DNA of 64,000 nucleotides from Tubiluchus corallicola (GCA_030141605.1 JAQGDQ010000339.1:186001-250000), one strand, 5' to 3'. Positions 24,901 to 38,106 are shown, numbered from the stretch's first letter. The notes: generated by a model not told the origin, from the letters alone. Numbers and translations: made by a program.

Positions 24901-27900
24901 GGATCTTCCTGACGAAGATCTGGGCTTGGCAAAAGAAAAACCCTAAGCAAAAGGACTGCTTCCACGAGTGGGTTATAACATTAGATTTTTGGTATTTTTT
25001 GAACATTTTCTTAATAATTTGATGCTAAAATATAAAAGTCCAATATATTTAGCATTTGTTTTAATAAAAAAAAACAAAAAATTTACATTAAACCAAATTT
25101 TTGGCGCATTCTACTTTGAAGCATTATAACGTAGTTTTTACTATGCCGACTTACAGACGGTTTTGGTTTGCAAACATACAGAACAGCTCAAACTGATAAC
25201 CCAAAATGTAAGTAGTACGATTTTCATCATCTTCATCGAGATTAAATTTAAACAAAGCAATTGTATCATCGTCACACATTTTACCTTCAATTCCAGACAT
25301 TACAACGTTCAGACCGCCAACGTTGATATTGAAACGATCAACGTGACCAAACACTTCCTCATCCTCGTCATCGCCATCATCTGACAAAGGTTCGACAGCG
25401 TAGTTTGAGGCGCATCGTCGACAAGGCGACCCAGCGTCGGTGTGCTAAGAAATGTAATAAAAACTGTGTGATAAAAGACCCAGACAAATCAGATTGGTTG
25501 TTTTTTTCCCACAGAGATCCGCTTTTTGTTATGTAAATTATAATTTCTGTATGCATGTACATGAAAATTAACGCCCAATTTAATATACTTCAATATACCA
25601 ATATATAGATCATGTTTAAAAAAGACCTGAAAAATCTTGGCAAAAATAGCTCAAAAAAATTTTGTGTACTGTGTGTGTTAAAGTCAGCTTTTTACGACAA
25701 AACCAAGTTCAGTTTATAATTTATGAAATATAAGTACGAAATACTTACAAAATAAAATTTGCTTACTTTTCTAAACATTTAACTTCTGGGTTTTAGTTCT
25801 AGTTAGAGTTCTAACACTTAGCTATAAACTGAAATTCAAGATTCTAGTCTAGTCCAGTGTAATGCAAATTCTTGTTGGGCGCTACTTCATCAAGTTTGTG
25901 TCAGTGCAAATAAATGCAGACAAACAAAAACAATTTCAGCATTTTTCAGTTGTAATAGAGTTGGTTTTGTAAAATTTTGATTCGGTATCATTTCGAATGT
26001 TTCATAAATATAGCTTTATTAAAGCCGTATTAATACATAATTTGCTGTATTAAAAGATACAGAGATATAAATATAAATATATATAGATACACCTGATTTT
26101 CAGTTCAATTATTTGCATGATAATTTCTTTTTATGACTGTCAAAGATGATGCTTGTGTCATGAAGTATATTTCAGTGCCATTGTTCTTGTGTCAGATTTT
26201 TGTTCTCAGTTCTTGTTTGATTTTATATTATACACTTATTATTACTGCATATGAATTGTATTAACACGTATTATATATAACAGGTTATAAACATATAAAT
26301 TTAATATCATTTGTAAGAATTAAATTCTAACTACAAGCAGTACTAACACTATTACACTGTAGCACAGCACTAATAAAAATGTTCATCACTAACCAAAGGG
26401 CAGCTGACTCACTGCCCTTTCTTCACAATTTTTTTTTCAAATTATTATTTGTATTATAACTGTATGTGTGCTGCAAGATAAATAAAAAAGATTATTATGT
26501 TATGTAGATTCAACTTAGAAATTGAAAAAAAATTATTTGCTGTATTAAAAGTAGCTCCTAGTAAAAAATTGGACTACATTTTCAGTAAATTTGCCAGATA
26601 TGTTATCAAAATTGAAACCTAAATTTATGAAACATACGAAACCGATACCGAATCAAAATTTTGCAAAACCAACTACTATTAGAACAGAAAAATGCTGAAG
26701 TGAGTAAAATACTTTGTTTTTGTTTGTCTGCATTTATTTGCACTGACACAAACTTGATGAAGTAGCTGGCCAAAAAAAATTTGCATTACATAACAGTTAA
26801 ACTAGACTACAATCTTGAATTTCAGTTTATAGCTAAGTGTTAGAACTGTAACTAAAACCTAGAAGCTAAATGTTTAGGAAAGTAAACAAATTTTATTTTG
26901 TAAGTATTTTGTAGCCTATATTTCATAAATTATAAACTGAACTTGGTTATGTCGTAAAAAGCTGCCTTTAACATACACAGTACACGAAAATTTTTTGAAC
27001 TGTTTTTGCCAAGATTTTTCAGGGCTTTTTTAAACAGTTGTGAAAAGAAAAGGTAAGCCGGATTAAAGCTACCAAAACCTCGTAAAAACACTGTGGAAAC
27101 TTACAGAAATTTTCGGCTACAAAACTTAATAACTTTGGGCTAAAACGAAACCAAACCGAAAGGAAATTATTGTTTTGGTGACACTCTGAAATTGATAATA
27201 CATTAACTCGCAAGCTTTATAACTACCAAGGCCACTAAAAGGTTGGTAAATCGTCAAATTGTTAGTCTACAAAATAGTCTTAGAAAATCCTTCAAATTGG
27301 ACTTCCATATTGTTACTACACATAATAGTTAACTTTATTAACTATTTAACTATTACACATATTTAACTTTACTACACATAATAGTTAGCAGCAGAATTAT
27401 TTGCAAACTAATTTTGAAGAGGAAGAATAGGGAATTTTAAAGTACATCTCACAAAATTTTCCACACAAACTTGTATTACGTAGCATTATGAATACCTGCT
27501 TAAAAGACTTATGTAACTAGAAAAAAATCCTTAATAATTTAAAATGTTCGCACTACCTGGTAAAATGTCACTGACCCACCTTCCCAGTGTGCACCACTGA
27601 CTCACCAAAAAACCTATTATTTATCTTACTGACAATATAAAGTAATTTAAGCTTTAGCTTAATTAGCCAAGAGTGTGTTACGGATGTTCTGATTATTTTT
27701 TCAAACGTTAGGCAACGTTATCTAAACTTGTCTCAAACAATTTACAATCAAAATGGTTGTGCCTAATGGTCGTCTTGGGAGCTTATTAAGTTCACCTTAT
27801 ATCGCTTTGTTGCTAATGCAAGCTGTCTTTGCAATAAGACATTATGCAAAATTTCAAGACAGTTTTTTAAACTTTATGCAAGTAAAGGGTTTTCTTGTGC

Positions 27901-30900
27901 TGTAAACTAGTTATCACAGGTTAGATACTCTTACTCTGCAGGCATCTTAACTATATTTGGATATGTAACAAAGGGAATGATCACTTTTCCCACTGGTTGC
28001 CCTTCCACGTACAAATCAAGATCTAGTGTTGCTTAACTTCGAGTGTTATCCACACACTTGAGTGTTCAACAATCACCCATGACTTAGCAACATACAAAGA
28101 AATTATTTCATACACTTTGTATATTTTAATACTTTATAAATTCGAATGACAGTAGTAAGAGAATAGGATTATACTGAATGTAATGCCATTGGAAGCTCGT
28201 TGTTGTCATGGCGATCAAGTTGTGCAGCCTCCCGAGCAATAGCTTGAGCCGTCTCCATGTCTAGCTGTTGCTGAAGCTGACGAGCATACTCTTCATCAGC
28301 TTCCAATTGAGCAACCAGCTTGACCGCATCTCGAGCATCGTTGGGAGAGAGGGACGACTTTCCTCTGAAAAGAAACTTAAAATCTTAAACCACCTCTAAA
28401 TTTTGTTTGCTGTCCGATTCACGTGATTACAGTCATGAAGTGCTTAAAGGAAAACAGGATGTGATTTCGTACCTACGCCATTTTGAAGTATGGTAAAAAT
28501 AAAAAGTATGCATTTTAACACACATGTCAATAATTAAATAACAGGTTAAAAATTAATTAACAGCTGGTGAGCCCAACTAGTGATGATGTCATAGACTCAT
28601 AGTTGAACATAATTTTCAATGGCACAAACATTGCACCAGCGCGTGGCAGGTGTTTGCGAAAGTGAAGTAAGTTTAAGTTTACCGCTGTGCTAATGCACGA
28701 ATTTTCGAAGGGAATACATCACCAATGAGAATATATCACCATGCACAGCATAAGTGCACTTGCATCTGCTGATTCTTTCTTTTATACAGTTTTAATATAT
28801 GTATGAATGTCAATAATAAAAAAATATAAAAAAATAAATAACTGAACTGAGCAATACAGCCAGCATCTGCAGTGCTTTTTGTACAATGGGCTTCTCATGT
28901 GCAGGCATTAGTGTTCATATAACTAGCAATGGCGAAATGTATGCAACAGCTAAGAGCTAGCCATATGAACGTGAAACTGTGTTTGTGCGGTAATAATTCT
29001 TTCAAGTAAATCATTCTTGAAACAAAAACGATATGTTCTCTTTCAATATTTTGAGGATTGGATTATTATGAGTTGTAGTTTAAAGGTCAAATACAGCGCA
29101 CTTTATAAGGTTTCAGTTTTACACAAAAACAGAAAGAAATGCTCTAACTAAGATTTTCTGATACTTTCAACTTTTTCTTGGTCCTTTACAAAAGAGGAAG
29201 TCGGGTGTGAAGGTGTCATCTCTAAAAAAAGCATGGAAGTGCATTTCACGCATTTTAGATGACACCAGCAAAATTCTCTCCCAGGTTATGGAGAGTTTGA
29301 ACTCGGTTACCACGTGTTACATTTCACTGTGTAACATTGTTTACAAATTCAGCGTCACAGAAGTGACATGGTATCCAAGGAAGTCGTTGCCAGCATATTT
29401 GTTTACCCTGCGACGTTCCGAAGTTTCATGAGCAAAATCGAACAAAATGTTTTGGGAAAAAATGCAACTTCGAGGCCCGATTCCCTGTAAGGAAGCCACG
29501 AAATTTAGTAAAATTAGTGTCAAATTTTAAGTTACGGTTAGCTCTTTTAATTAAAGAAAACTTGTTTTCACGTTAAACATAACCTATAAGGCTTTGTCTA
29601 CTTTTCCTTTAAACAGCATACAGATATCTAGCTTGGTAAAACACAATTAAAAAGAAACAACCTAGTTTTGAAAGGCAACACAATAGTTTAAAGCATGCGT
29701 GGAAAGAAATACTCACTTTAGATTAGAACTTTGTAAATTTCGAGTCACAGGTGTGGAAACGTTCACCGGAGGACACTGCTCATCACCGGATGACGTCATA
29801 TGAGTTACGGCAACTGACTCAGGTCTCTGTGATGCTGCATTAAAAACAAAAAAAGCAACATTACCTCAGCAAACGAGTTACATTTTCAAATGATAAATTT
29901 GTTCTGCCATTATTGTTCTCTTCCGATCTCATTGTTTAATTCTGACATCATGTATTCATTTTATACTACTTGTCGATGAAATTTTAGAGAAAACTTTGCG
30001 AGCCTTTGCAACATTCAGCTGAATTCAAAACAAGGCAAAAAATCAAACCTCGTTGTAGTGCCCCCCCCCACTTTATAATGCCAACCTCGTTTTTAATGCT
30101 GAGATTTTTAGCAAAACAATACGTCTGTATTTGCATAGAGGCATGTATTAATTAATGCACGTCGTTATAATGTCAGATTTGCAATAACGGCAAAATTTTT
30201 GCACTGCCAAAACAGGCGGTTTAAGAAGGTTTGACTATACAGTTCACTTTGACCCGGAAGAAGCATTAAGGAGAACATTATTGCTGTCTCACTGTCAGTC
30301 ACAGAGAGCTCACATAATGCTATTGACCTTACCACATTCAACTGCCGCTGTAAAATTCCAGACGAAGCCATTGTCTATTATGCTTAGCACTGAATATGCA
30401 AACGCTACTGTAGTTATTAAAGGTTCATAATTAATGTTACTGATGGTGTTCATTTCGAGTTGCTGACATTTATTAACAAATGGGATGCAGACGGTCTACA
30501 ATCCCATTAATTTTATGAAAAGGAAAATTACTAGTAATTATCTTGAGTGGAATACGTTTGAATTTTTTGTGATCAGGTTTCTGCAACTACAGATGCCACA
30601 AATCATCTAATCAAAATACTTTCAATTAGTTGATTGTCGGCTGTGTAGAAGCAGAGAAAGTAAATATTTTATTGATTCTGCAACTGTTACACAGTTTATA
30701 ATGTAACAGAAATGTCGGTTCGCATGCAAAAGATGAACGAACTCTAAACATATTTAACAAGGTTTCGTTTAAAGGGGAAGAAAATGGAATTTCAAAATGC
30801 GTTCCAAGAAACGTTTCACACAAAGTTAAATTACTTAGGATTAAGTCAATTACGCTTACCTGTCTGAAAGACTTATGTAATTGGAACAGAAATTTTTTAA

Positions 30901-32883
30901 TAATTTAAAATGTTTGTGCCACCTGTTAAACCTCACTGCATCACTATCCCAGTGTGCACCACTGATTCACCAAAAAAACATATTATCGATCCTACTGACA
31001 AAATAAAGTAATTAAAACTGTTGGGTAGTTAGCGAAGAATGCACCACAAATGTTTTGACTATTATTTTTAAAATATTACTCAAAGTTATCTAAAATTGTC
31101 TCAAACAAGCTACCTCTAAAAGGGCTGTGCCTAACCATCATCGCAGAAATTTAAATTTACAAGTTTTACACAGCATTACTGCCAACGCAAGCTCTGTATG
31201 CAGTAAGACAGCAGGTAGGGATATAAAATTTCAAGACGATAATTTGAAGCTTTATTTATGAAGAATGTTTTCTTGTCCTTTAAGAAGTGTCACTATATCA
31301 GTTAGATCCAATTAATAAACGTTTTCACAGTTCAAGTGATTGATGACAATCGTAAAAAGGTCAAAGCTTAAGTAGTAAACCAGAAAACGCATTTGTGTAC
31401 ACTTGGCAATGCCTCGCAGCCCAGGCTGTTATAATAGCAACAGTTTTAACAGCTAGCTAGAACCTTACCTAGTTTATTTTTTCTTGTTCCCAAGCAAGAT
31501 CCTGCTAGTAAATCACTCTACGCACAGACTAATGCATAATTAAGTAACGTCCAGGTAAAAAAGGTAGCTACCTAACTGATGTACCAGACGGTTTTGTTTT
31601 ACCCACAAGTCGTCTGATGGTTGAGATTAAGACGCACTGCTGTGATATACTTAACCTTTGACCTACAGCAACTGCGCGTGCGCACAGCAAAACTGTGAAA
31701 ATGCTTATTCAATACACGTCTTTTGTTACAAGCAGAAAAGAATTTAATAACATTGCCTACCTTGTTCAGCACTTGGTCTCCACTCGTGAACAATGTCGAT
31801 ATCGTTTTCCTGTCTGTCAGCTTCTTCTATTGCCGTTGCTATCATGACCAGTTCTTCATCCGTGACGCCTGCAACCGTTCCCGGGAACATCTGATCATCG
31901 AGGTGCATCGCCGGCATACTTGCACTTGCCGCTTCTTGCCGAAAGGAGGCACTAGAGGTCGCCGTCGTGTGCTTGCGTGGCGACCGTTGTTTCTCTCTCC
32001 CGTCAAAATGCTGCAGTCGACCGGGATAATGGTGCAGTCTCTCTTTTGAATTTGTGCGAGACCTGCCACTGATCCGTGGGGAATGCCTGTGATGTCTGTC
32101 GCATTGGTGAGGACGATGCCTGTCATTTCTCAGTGAATACCGTGACGTGTCACATCGACTACATCTGGCATTACTCCTACCGTGTCTCGGCTCCCTACAG
32201 TGACGATAATAAACGTCAGTCTCCTCGAAGGCTGCACTAGACGTAGATGGAGCACTGGGGAATGTGTCTTTTGATGAAGGGTACATGCACGATGACCATG
32301 CATTCACATTTGAATTCCTGCTCGCCCTTCCTCCGACTTCCGGAAACCGTCTTTTTGTCATCTTCACGCGTTTTCGCCTGTGTGGAAGAATCCTTTCTTC
32401 ATCAGAAGAAGATGACACATCTAAAACATCTATCTGATTTTGACGAACTTTGTTGGTCACACCTGTATTGCTAGGTGCTCTGTCCAGATCACGGCCTACC
32501 TTTTCCTCCTCAGCTGACAACACAGAAAACGTATCGACATAATCATCAACATCCATATCGTCTTCGTTAGTATTCTGAATTACCGGATCATGTACTGCTG
32601 TCTGACTGGTTTCACCTCTACAAGAGATGCTGCGCTCATTGCAAGACAAAGCCGGTAAGTCCCAAGTATGGCCGTTTGAAGAACTCCACGTGTCGGCCGT
32701 ATCATTCAACGTAGACAGCCTAAAGCTGTCGGTTGCTACAGGGATGTCCGAAGCTTCAAACCAAACATCGTCCTCATCTGCAGTGGTTTCGTTCATTTCG
32801 GAGATGTTCATATCGTGGAGGAGGTCCTCATCATCATCATCAGTGAACAGCACAGCTGACACTTCCTGTTCCTCTTCATTCAT
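18620..32883 (-). CDS. RING-H2 E3 ubiquitin ligase (RNF38/RNF44/RNF111-like C-terminus), ~672 aa; exons 32883-31761, 29834-29717, 28364-28175, 25444-25285, 22938-22787, 20454-20309, 20126-20048, 18670-18620
   Basis: All eight exons have canonical splice sites and join in frame (2019 nt). The C-terminus reads ENYDQLWDLAEELGEVVQRGLTREEINLLPTHSY...CNICMDRYKGKDKLRMLPCLHNFHMGCIDKWIKNNATCPVCRVEVNLDQ*, a C3H2C3 RING preceded by the typical NYE-LL-L-E-LG motif. Confidence 0.85.
19760..19880 (-). mobile_element. LINE (CR1/L2-group) 3' ORF2 remnant
   Basis: Minus-strand translation GPTMWNKMPANIKSILSLSRFKKKFE is typical of the WN.LP......FK..L LINE C-terminus. Confidence 0.55.
21933..22030. repeat. 33-bp tandem repeat, 3 copies (TATGTGCCCAAACAGCCTTTCCTACTTTTATTG)
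   Basis: Directly visible. Confidence 0.9.
22249..22598. mobile_element. hAT-like MITE (family of 54449-54769)
   Basis: Termini ggggtgagcat ... atgctcacccta; the internal sequence is homologous to the copy at 54449. Confidence 0.7.
23362..24253. repeat. 24-bp minisatellite (TATCAATGAATGTATAGGATAAGT)n, ~37 copies
   Basis: Tandem units in an intron of the RING gene. Confidence 0.95.
24781..25180 (+). mobile_element. MITE family A, internally deleted copy
   Basis: Starts tgtgcttgcatagccataagtcggtagtt and ends actatgccgactt...tgcaaacataca (inverted termini). Confidence 0.7.
25614..27035. repeat. Long inverted repeat / foldback element, ~400-bp arms (25614-26015 and 26618-27035)
   Basis: For example gctacttcatcaagtttgtgtcagtgcaaataaatgcagacaaacaaaaacaa pairs with ttgtttttgtttgtctgcatttatttgcactgacacaaacttgatgaagtagc; the arms align over their whole length. 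Confidence 0.9.
27490..27900 (+). mobile_element. Dispersed repeat family C; copies at ~30855-31280, ~39470-39890 and reversed at ~15000-15170, ~60900-61240, ~62220-62540, ~63230-63335
   Basis: Shared aaagacttatgtaa...taataatttaaaatgtt...cccagtgtgcaccactga.tcaccaaaaa core. Confidence 0.75.
31321..31700 (+). mobile_element. MITE family D (TIR ttttcacagtt...aactgtgaaa); copies at ~44030-44420 and 57716-58067
   Basis: Shared core aacagttttaacagctagctagaaccttacctagtt...cccaagcaagatcctgctagtaaatc, with subterminal aggtcaaag/ctttgacct. Confidence 0.75.
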
Positions 32884-34914
32884 TAGTGAAGTTATTCTGT
32901 GTTCATAAGTGTTCAATGTTCATCAAAAACAACACCTATAATACTTTTAAAAATGACTTTTAAATTGCTAAATCTAGCTATCGAAATTACAATATAATTT
33001 ATTATTTTTATCAATGTTCTTCCTAGAATAATATGAAATCCTATATAATGGGACTCAAATAATGGATAGAGATTGCCAACAGTAATATTAGCATTAAACA
33101 GGGCCGCTAAAACATGCTAAATGACCTACAGGCAAACGAGAAACAAGTTTGATATCAAGAATTAATAAAGATCTACACAGACCAAATTAAAGAAAAGTAT
33201 TACAGGAATTGTAATGTAAAGGTAATTTAGTGTCTATGACAATAAGACACAGAACAGAAGTAAGTTAAACCGCAGTATCACCAAAGTATTAAAGATTTTA
33301 TCAGCTCGACTTTCAACGTTTCGCATACGACAAATTCAGTGATAATGATTAATTAATTATTCATAATCTTAATTTTAATCTTACTTGGTAACGATAAAGT
33401 GGACGCTCAACTATTGATTTTTGAAACCAAATTTGTCCAAAAACAAAAAAAATAGATGTGAAAAAGTCAACACTAAGTATAGACTTGAACACGGAACTTT
33501 CGATTACAACTTGAACTCATACTCCTAGACAGAGACAACTTAGCTTCAGTGATTATGACAAAGCATATTTCAATCCACATAGTTTGCCTATATATATATA
33601 TATATTCTGCAGTTGTGGCAATTTCTAAAACTTCAAACTTAGAAACAATAAAATACATCAAAGTTGGTGAACAAATTAACTGTAAATAAATTTTAGATCA
33701 TTTTACATGCTTTCACCTTCTAGTTGTACGTCTCCGGCCCTCGTAAGTGAGTTCACCAACTCTAAATAGTAGTCTGTCAACTCAAACACAGCCAAAGGCT
33801 TATTAGTTATTTCTGAAATGCGAGCCATGGTTATGAAGTCTGGACCTCTTCCATAAATCATGACCTGAGAAATCCATAAGAAATGGTAACCACATTAAGA
33901 GCGACGTGAGGACGCACTGGATGCCAAACACAGGCAAACACTGCTAGTTTTGTCAATGGCGTGGTCCGCATGGATTCAATGGTATGGATATTATTATTGC
34001 TTGTGAAGTCTAAGAGACCTAACCGTGACAGTTTTTGACGCCCTGTTCTGACTCCTCAACGATTTTCGAAATTCAGCCAGATTTGATGCTTCAACAATTT
34101 CACTATTAAATAGAATTTCAAGAGCCCACAATACAGGAGAAGTGGCTCAGATACCCATCTTTCCATTTGAAAAGCTGGTACAGATACCTACTACTTTTAA
34201 GTCATTTTTCTTTTTCCATCGCTAAATTATTCAATTTTTATGTAACTGTGATTTTAGTAACAGTATACCATATCTTAACCATTGTTATGAAAATAACTTT
34301 ACACACAGCCAGTTTATGTAGTATTTAATGTGTATTGCTTTGCCAATGTACATTGTATGTATTTATGCAAATAAAACTGAATTGAATTGAAAATTGAATA
34401 GATATTGGTGGAAGAGTGTTGTACAAATAAAGACCAAGCTTTAATTTGTAGAAAATTACTAAGGATTGCATATCATTGCTTAAGCTAAACTTAGTACTTT
34501 TTTCTGTCACTGTAACATAACGAATCATAATATTGTTAAAACGATCATTCATCAACCTAAATGCAAATATACATAAAATTACAGTCAGGTATGGGACCCT
34601 TACTATCTCAAGGACATCCGTGCTCTCAAACAGGTACAAGCACGAGGTGTGGACATAATCATAGGTCTTGAAGGATTCTCATACTCTCAAAAATTAATTA
34701 ATTTTTGTTAATTAAGCAGTTTTTTCTGCACTTTTCATGGTGGTCTTTCAAGCTTTGCTTCTTGCCCACCATGCAGCATATATTTCCTGTTTATAAACTA
34801 TTATGCACTTAGTAACTTAAGAAAATTATATCAAGTCTTCGTAGGAAAGTTTTAAAAATAAGATGGCCATACAAATCAAAAATGAAGATTTATATACCAG
34901 AACAAAAAAATTTA

Positions 34915-35200
34915 ATCGAGTTCAAAAGTCAAGATCCGGAGATTAAGATGGCTAGGACATCTTCTAAGATTACCAAATGATCCACCTGTAAGAATCGCCT
35001 TAAAACCTTGCAAAAAACCACCTGGTGAACCTAAAACAACTTGGATGGCTAAGATAAATAAAGATGTTCAGCAACTTCAACCAAATCTATGTTCAGGAGT
35101 AGAAGAACTTACACTGTTAGCTGCAGACAGGAGTGGGTGGAATGCTCTGTTAAATGTTGATACCTCAATGCCTACAATAGATGGAATGAGATTTTGAAGA
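34915..35200 (+). mobile_element. RTE-clade LINE 3' remnant
   Basis: Translation KIRRLRWLGHLLRLPNDPP...PGEPKTTWMAKINKDV...LAADRSGWNALL follows the RTE C-terminal pattern. Confidence 0.75.
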
Positions 35201-35336
35201 AGAACTATATTAATATAGAACTATATTAATATAGTTCTTTCACAATTGTTGTAATTACAAATGATATGATGTATAACAGTTACAATATGATAATGTAATT
35301 ATGCTGAAGTGGACAATAAATTAAATATTACATATT

Positions 35337-35630
35337 AAAATTGCAAAAACTAGACCTGTATCGACTTTCTACAAGAAGACGTAGGGGGAGATTTATTGAA
35401 ATGTTCAAGATTCTTAAGGGATTTACTGACATCAAAGCAAACCAGTTTTTTACACTCAATAGAAGCATTACACGTGGGCATAGTGTTAAATTGTTCAAAC
35501 ATAGGGTCAATACTGAAAGGTGTCGGCATAGTTTTTCACAAGCTGAAGTGATAATGTGTAACTCGTTACCGGAATCATTAGTGAGTGCAAACAATGTAGA
35601 ATTTTAAACATAAACTTGATGCAGAACTCC
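35337..35630 (+). mobile_element. CR1-clade LINE 3' remnant
   Basis: LQKLDLYRLSTRRRRG..IEMFKILKG...ITRGHSVKLFK...FSQ...NSLPESLV is a CR1-like ORF2 end (RR.R..L...YKI, TRGH..KL). Confidence 0.8.
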
Positions 35631-36599
35631 CATGTGAGAAACCTCCTATTTTAATACCAGTTTGGTATATTAGGAGGAGAGTAAACCAATAGCGAAAAAC
35701 TGGACGAGGTTGTTCTTTGGCTAGCTATTCAGTGGATGAGAGATTGATGCAAGAGGAAATCAGGGTTTACTCACCACGAAGGTCGGAGTGGTAAAACGCG
35801 GTCATTTATGCTTAACCAATATCCATGCTGTAAATGAATTATAATTCTAAAAGCAATCGAAAACACAAGTTAATTTTGACACTTACATCTACTTTAAATG
35901 CCAAAAAAGGAGACAGAACTCTAATGAAACTGAAAGACCTTGTCGTAAATCAGTATAATTTTCTGATTGAGTTTCAATTTCGAAGCGCAATACGGGAGCT
36001 CTTTACGCATACTATATTTCCCAAGTACTTAGCGAAGGCTTCTTCTTTTGCTGAATAAGCTCCGCAACACGTTTTTGCTTGTTTGTTAAATATGTTACTA
36101 GAATTTTTTAATCGTACTAGCGTTATTCCGCTTTTTCTGTTTTTGCCTATTTAGAAGGTAATTTGTTCACATTGGTAATACAGGTAGACACTTGATGACC
36201 ACATAGCCTTTTTCCACCATGCCTCTCTCTTTGACTTATTTTATTATATTAAAAAATATTGTTTTCTAAGACTTATTGTAATTTGTATCGTAAACTTGAT
36301 ATATGGGACGAATAGGAATCCGTTTTAGTAATGTACGGAATCAGTAAAATTAGGGTACGTAGTACTTGATGGATTTTTCAGTCTGAAATAAAAATTTGAA
36401 TTGAATTGTTGCTGGTCGTCATTGATGACTCCGGCTTCAAATGTTTTTTTAATATCCACATTGTTGGCACTAATGACATTTTTCATTAAGGTTGTTCCAA
36501 GATTATGTCGCTCTGTGTGGGAAGAAATTAATTTTTATATCTGTATGACCACGCGGTTTAAAGAACTTAAGTCAGTAACGTGTAGCAACACTAACAGGA

Positions 36600-36860
36600 T
36601 AATTCAAAGTGAAATATTTTCTCCATTGATCTTGTAGCAGCCATGATGTGTTTTAAATGTTCATCATGAAATCTCCTTATTGACAATGAATGCTTACAGC
36701 GCGTTGTTATCACCACTTAGTTGTTCGCGTCTCTTTTGCACATTATCAAGAGCATTAATATCTTTCTTCAACCAGGGTGACCAAACTGGACTATTAGTGT
36801 CCAAAATCGGCCTCACCAAAACTTTATTCAAGTGTTCAAAAGGCGTTTACAATTCTCCAT
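36600..36860 (-). mobile_element. LINE (CR1/L2-group) ORF2 fragment
   Basis: Minus-strand LNKVLVRPILDTNSPVWSPWLKKDINALDNVQKR matches the LVRP.LEY...VWSP......LE.VQ.R motif. Confidence 0.7.
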
Positions 36861-37140
36861 GCAATTTAAATATCCTAACCTTAACCCCACCCTAATCTCA
36901 ACCCTAACCCTAATCCGCTTCACGAACTAATTTCTTGAGTGTGTGGAATTGTAAGCTTTAGCCAAGAGTTCAGTCATCGTAAGTGATTTATCACTTACAC
37001 GTCTATATAATTTGGACTATTTTTTGATGAGCTTTGTTAGAAATTTCTTGAATATATGTTTAGAAAGATATTGCATCTGATCAGATTAAAAAAGAAGCGG
37101 CTTCCTTCTTTTTGAATTTTTGTTTTTATAACTTTTTATA

Positions 37141-37747
37141 CAGTGTTCCGTCACTTATCGCAGGTGTTCCGTTCCAGGCCCACCCGCAATAAGTGAATTT
37201 CCGTGAAGTAGTAACGCTATACTTATTTTAGTAGTTATACATTATTTTAAGTCTTTATAAACCTTTCCCACACTCTTATACATAACCCTTGCTATTCCCT
37301 TAATAACTTTTCCCATACTGTACATGTACCCTTTAAAACACTTTACTTAAATGTTCATAAAAATGTTTTAAACTCTTAAACCTAGCTACAATCTCACGTC
37401 TGCAAGTAGCATCTCAAGCGGGCGCAAGTACTACATTTCGTTTTTGGGGTGTATTCATCCGCTGAATAAATACAGTATTTACAGCAAATGGTAATTTTTT
37501 ATGATTTATAATATTCTTTTAATGTTAGAATTAATGTTTTTAATATATTTTTATACATTTTGTGATTTTTATGCAACATTACCGTACAATACGTACTACG
37601 CATGTGCAAAAATACTTTAGACGGAGTACCGCAAAAACCCACAAAACAGCGAAAATACGGCGATAAATATTTTACATTAATATTTTTGAAAACACGCGAA
37701 ACAGCGAGTCCGCGCTAAACGAACCGTGAAGTAGTGAGGGAACACTG
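37141..37747. mobile_element. Tc1/pogo-type MITE with TA TSD; inverted copy at 51065-51582
   Basis: ta|CAGTGTTCC ... GGAACACTG|ta at both copies; the internal sequences are reverse complements of each other. Confidence 0.85.
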
Positions 37748-38106
37748 TAATGTAAATAGTTTTAAAGATAAACTTGATTGTATTGTAATCTTTTATTTTT
37801 TCTCGTTTCACTACTTCTTGAACAAATAATTGTTTTTATCTAAGTAAGCGGGCTAGTGAGCTGTGTGCCCTTCATAATTTCTCTCTTTAAAACATTAGAT
37901 ACTATGTTTAATGTCATGATGATATTAATGGGGCTAATAATAATAATGATGATATTATTGTAAAAAATACATTTGTAAATTGTCAAGGACTATCCATAAT
38001 TATTATAAAGTTACTTTTTTTCTGAAACAAATTTAGTTTTATTATCGATTCTCCACAGAAATTGCCAGTGCCCTACTTGAGCTGCCCATGTACGACACTG
38101 CTTTTC

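Noticed and set aside
36875-36915. Telomere or interstitial telomeric array
   Set aside because: Only about 6 degenerate CCCTAA-like units are present, and such tracts are common inside transposon remnants.
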